Shown here: positions 44,441 to 47,106 of the stretch, one piece after another
Numbering within the stretch: the first letter of the stretch is position 1
Layout: each line of letters begins with the position of its first letter
Source: Candidatus Parcubacteria bacterium
Lineage (GTDB): Bacteria; Patescibacteriota; Minisyncoccia; Phycocordibacterales; PALSA-1337
NCBI GenBank assembly: GCA_028286835.1
Contig: JAQBQT010000025.1
Coordinates: forward strand, 1 to 47,106
Length of the DNA: 47,106 bases
Reading direction: 5' to 3'
Notes under the pieces: generated by a model
The model's database searches: none
Seen by the model: only the letters and a program-made list of their open reading frames with translations
Told to the model about the DNA's origin: nothing
Translations under genes and position numbers: made by a program

Positions 44441-45133
44441 ATGAACGAACAAGAAACAAAGCCGAATACAGCCGCAGCAGCCCCGACAGAGGCAGCTGTT
44501 TCTGCTCCTGCCGCAGCTCCGGCCGGCAAGGTCACTCCAGGTCGCAGGATGCGCGACTCAGCAGCAGGCGCCAGCTCCCGCGGTCCTCGCACAGGCGGAG
44601 CACCGGGCCAGCGCTCTGGAGGCAGGGATAGCAGGGGAGGCGGCCGTGGCGGAGAAAACCGCGAGCGCGTCAAGCCTGAGTTCGATTCCAAGATCATCGA
44701 TATCCGCCGCGTTACCCGCGTCACATCAGGAGGCCGCCGCATGAACTTCAGCGTTGCTGTCGTCGTAGGCGACCATAAGGGCCGCGTAGGCGTCGGCTTG
44801 GGCAAGGCTACCGATACGGCCCTTGCCGTCGAGAAGGCGACCCGCGAAGGAAGGAAGCACCTCATCAAGGTCCCTCTTTCTGCTCAGATGACCATCCCTC
44901 ACGCCGTCGAAGCCAAGTGGGGCAGCGCCAAGATCAAGATCTTCCCGGCACGCGGTTCAGGCGTTGTCGCTGGATCCTCGGCCCGCGCCGTCATCGAGCT
45001 TGCAGGCATCAAAGATGTCTGCGCCAAGTACCTTTCAGGCAGCAAGAACAAGCTTAACAACGCCCGCGTAGCCATTGCCGCCCTTCAGAAACTGATCACG
45101 ATGCCTCGCGCAACCCTCAAACTCAAGAAATAA
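44441..45133 (+). CDS. rpsE: 30S ribosomal protein S5
   Basis: RVTRVTSGGRR, VVVGD.KGRVGVG.GKA, TIPH, GVVAG; long N-terminal extension. Confidence 0.98.
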   Translation: MNEQETKPNTAAAAPTEAAVSAPAAAPAGKVTPGRRMRDSAAGASSRGPRTGGAPGQRSGGRDSRGGGRGGENRERVKPEFDSKIIDIRRVTRVTSGGRRMNFSVAVVVGDHKGRVGVGLGKATDTALAVEKATREGRKHLIKVPLSAQMTIPHAVEAKWGSAKIKIFPARGSGVVAGSSARAVIELAGIKDVCAKYLSGSKNKLNNARVAIAALQKLITMPRATLKLKK

Positions 45134-45134
45134 C

Positions 45135-45716
45135 ATGCAGATCAACTCCCTTACACGCGTCCACCCGAACAAGAAGCGAATGACTGTCGCCCGCGGCGGC
45201 AAGCGCGGCAAGACCTCCGGTCGCGGAGGCAAAGGCCAGAGCGCCCGTGCCGGTAACAAGCGCCGCCCAGAATGGCGCGATATCATCAAGAAGCTTCCGA
45301 AGCTTCGCGGCCGCGGCAAGAACTCCAACAAGACCGTCGTCACGAACGTGCAGAAGCCTGCGATCGTCAACCTCGGCGCTTTGCAGGGAGCCTTCAAGGC
45401 AGGTGCTTCGATCACCCCAGCCATCCTCGTCGAGAGCGGAGTCGTCTCGATCTGGTCCGGCAAGATCCCTCGCATCAAGATCCTCGGCGACGGGGAACTC
45501 ACGATCGCCCTCAAGATCTCAGGCTGCGATGTTTCCGAAACAGCCAAAGCCCAGATCATGAAGGCCGGCGGCACCATCGAGCCTGTCCGTCCTGAAGTAG
45601 AAGAGAAAGTCTTCGTTCAGGCTCCGAAGCCAGCAGCGAAAGCGGCTGAGCCGAAGGCTCCAAAGGCCAAGGCTCCGAAGGCAGCCTCTGAAAAGAAGCC
45701 CGCCCCAAAGAAATAA
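45135..45716 (+). CDS. rplO: 50S ribosomal protein L15
   Basis: GKTSGRGGKGQSARAG, KILGDGEL, I.KAGG; Ala/Lys/Pro tail. Confidence 0.97.
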   Translation: MQINSLTRVHPNKKRMTVARGGKRGKTSGRGGKGQSARAGNKRRPEWRDIIKKLPKLRGRGKNSNKTVVTNVQKPAIVNLGALQGAFKAGASITPAILVESGVVSIWSGKIPRIKILGDGELTIALKISGCDVSETAKAQIMKAGGTIEPVRPEVEEKVFVQAPKPAAKAAEPKAPKAKAPKAASEKKPAPKK

Positions 45717-45722
45717 GCATCC

Positions 45723-47015
45723 ATGCAAAACTTTTTCGGAAAAATCATCATCGCCTTCAAAGACCCGGTCCTCCGGAAGAGGATAGGCTTTACGATAGGC
45801 GCTCTGATCGTATTCCGCCTTCTCGCCACCATTCCGATACCGAGCGTCAATCCAGCCACGCTTGCCCAGCTTCTCACGACAAGCCAGTTCTTCGGCTTCC
45901 TTAATATATTTTCCGGTGGCGGTCTTTCAAATCTTTCCATTGTCATGCTGGGCGTCGGTCCTTTTATCACGGCATCCATCATCATCCAGGTCTTCACCAT
46001 GGTCTTCCCGAAGTGGAAGGCTCTCATGCATGAAGAAGGGGAGGCTGGCCGCTTGAAGCTTTCTCAATACTCACGCCTCCTCGCCGCACCGCTCGCCATC
46101 CTCCAGGGTATCGGCTATATCGTCCTTTTCCAGTCCCAGAACGTCATCCCGCATCTGGCGCCTTTCGCATATGCTCTCACGCTCATCGTCATCGCCGCGG
46201 GATCCATGCTCCTCATGTGGATCGGCGAGCTCATCTCTGAATTCGGCATCGGCAACGGCGTATCCCTCATCATCTTCGCAGGCATCATCTCGCGCCTGCC
46301 GATCTCGATCGTGCAGAACTACCAGAAGCTCGTCGCCAGCGGCTTCGCCAATCTGCCGTTCTACATATTTGTGCTCGCTCTCGCCATCCTAGCTGTCGCC
46401 GGCGTCATCTATGTGACTGAGGCTGAACGCTCGGTTCCAGTCACATATGCCAAGCAGGTCCGCGGCAATAAGGTATATGGAGGCGCTTCCACATACATCC
46501 CGCTCCGCCTCAACCAGAGCGGCGTCATTCCGATAATCTTCGCCCTTTCCATCCTTTTGTTCCCTCAGATCATCTTCAACGCTCTCGCTAAGTGGGCAGC
46601 ACATCCGTCCCTCGCCGCCTGGTCGCAGTCGGCTGCGGTTCTCCTTACTCCTCCGTCCTGGATCTACGGCGCGCTCTACTTCGTCATGGTGGTCCTCTTC
46701 ACGTATTTCTACACGGCAGTCACGTTCGATCCTCAGATGATCTCCGAGAACCTTCAGCGCTCAGGCGCGTTCATCCCAGGCGTGCGCCCAGGCGAACATA
46801 CCCGCGATCATCTCGGCAACATCGTCACCCGCATCACGCTCATCGGCGCTCTCTTCCTCGGTTTCGTCGCCATCCTCCCGCTCATCATCCAGGCCTTCTC
46901 GCCGGACAATACCCAGTCCTTCGCAGTCGGCGGTACAGCCCTCCTCATCGTCGTGTCAGTCATGCTCGATCTCCTGAAGAAGATAGACGCCCAGGTAGCG
47001 ATGCGCGAATACTAA
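45723..47015 (+). CDS. secY: Preprotein translocase SecY
   Basis: SIVMLGVGPFITASII, GIGNGVSLIIF, SGVIPIIFA, FIPGVRPG, GGTALLIVV. Confidence 0.99.
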   Translation: MQNFFGKIIIAFKDPVLRKRIGFTIGALIVFRLLATIPIPSVNPATLAQLLTTSQFFGFLNIFSGGGLSNLSIVMLGVGPFITASIIIQVFTMVFPKWKALMHEEGEAGRLKLSQYSRLLAAPLAILQGIGYIVLFQSQNVIPHLAPFAYALTLIVIAAGSMLLMWIGELISEFGIGNGVSLIIFAGIISRLPISIVQNYQKLVASGFANLPFYIFVLALAILAVAGVIYVTEAERSVPVTYAKQVRGNKVYGGASTYIPLRLNQSGVIPIIFALSILLFPQIIFNALAKWAAHPSLAAWSQSAAVLLTPPSWIYGALYFVMVVLFTYFYTAVTFDPQMISENLQRSGAFIPGVRPGEHTRDHLGNIVTRITLIGALFLGFVAILPLIIQAFSPDNTQSFAVGGTALLIVVSVMLDLLKKIDAQVAMREY

Positions 47016-47040
47016 TAGATGTATCCCAGGTGTGGCGAAT

Positions 47041-47068
47041 AAAAAACAGCTTCCTAAGCTGTTTTTTT
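47041..47068. terminator. Intrinsic terminator after secY
   Basis: AAAAAACAGCTT-CCT-AAGCTGTTTTTTT. Confidence 0.75.
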
Positions 47069-47106
47069 GTGCTAGTATCCGAACAGGTTATTTAACAAAA
47101 GGACAT

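Noticed and set aside
1-47106. CRISPR array, tRNA, rRNA, transposase/integrase, intron or intein
   Set aside because: No spaced repeats, cloverleafs, recombinase motifs or large interruptions in conserved genes were seen by eye.
1-47106. Alternative genetic code (UGA recoding as in Gracilibacteria/SR1)
   Set aside because: Conserved genes translate full-length under code 11 with no in-frame TGA; rare TGA stops alone are not evidence.

Overview
47 kb of core bacterial chromosome, very probably Patescibacteria/CPR (Parcubacteria-like). This is inferred from the missing L30 gene between rpsE and rplO, a trigger factor with no PPIase domain, mostly absent Shine-Dalgarno motifs and the type IV pilus/ComEC gene set. 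The left half holds rny, clpP, rsmE, tig, ppa, nusA, a PilB-PilC-three-pilin cluster, tpiA, pgk, HIT, recJ, rnhA, a split ComEC interrupted by a SOD gene, rpmB and a site-2 protease. The right half is the str-S10-spc ribosomal cluster through secY, interrupted at four points by non-ribosomal genes, each followed by a new sigma70-like promoter. I saw no rRNA, tRNA, CRISPR array or transposase. The most notable signals are: (1) a 60-bp element with three TTGAA repeats at 11-bp period shared by both ComEC halves; (2) a TGTAAG-N16-CGTCAT ECF-type promoter upstream of both the ECF sigma gene and a distant stress-gene pair; (3) an EF-Tu whose switch-I region resembles the Planctomycetes type; (4) a ComEC beta-lactamase-fold module that has lost its metal ligands; (5) several structured leaders and widespread apparent leaderless starts. 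All calls come from reading motifs by eye; no searches were run.
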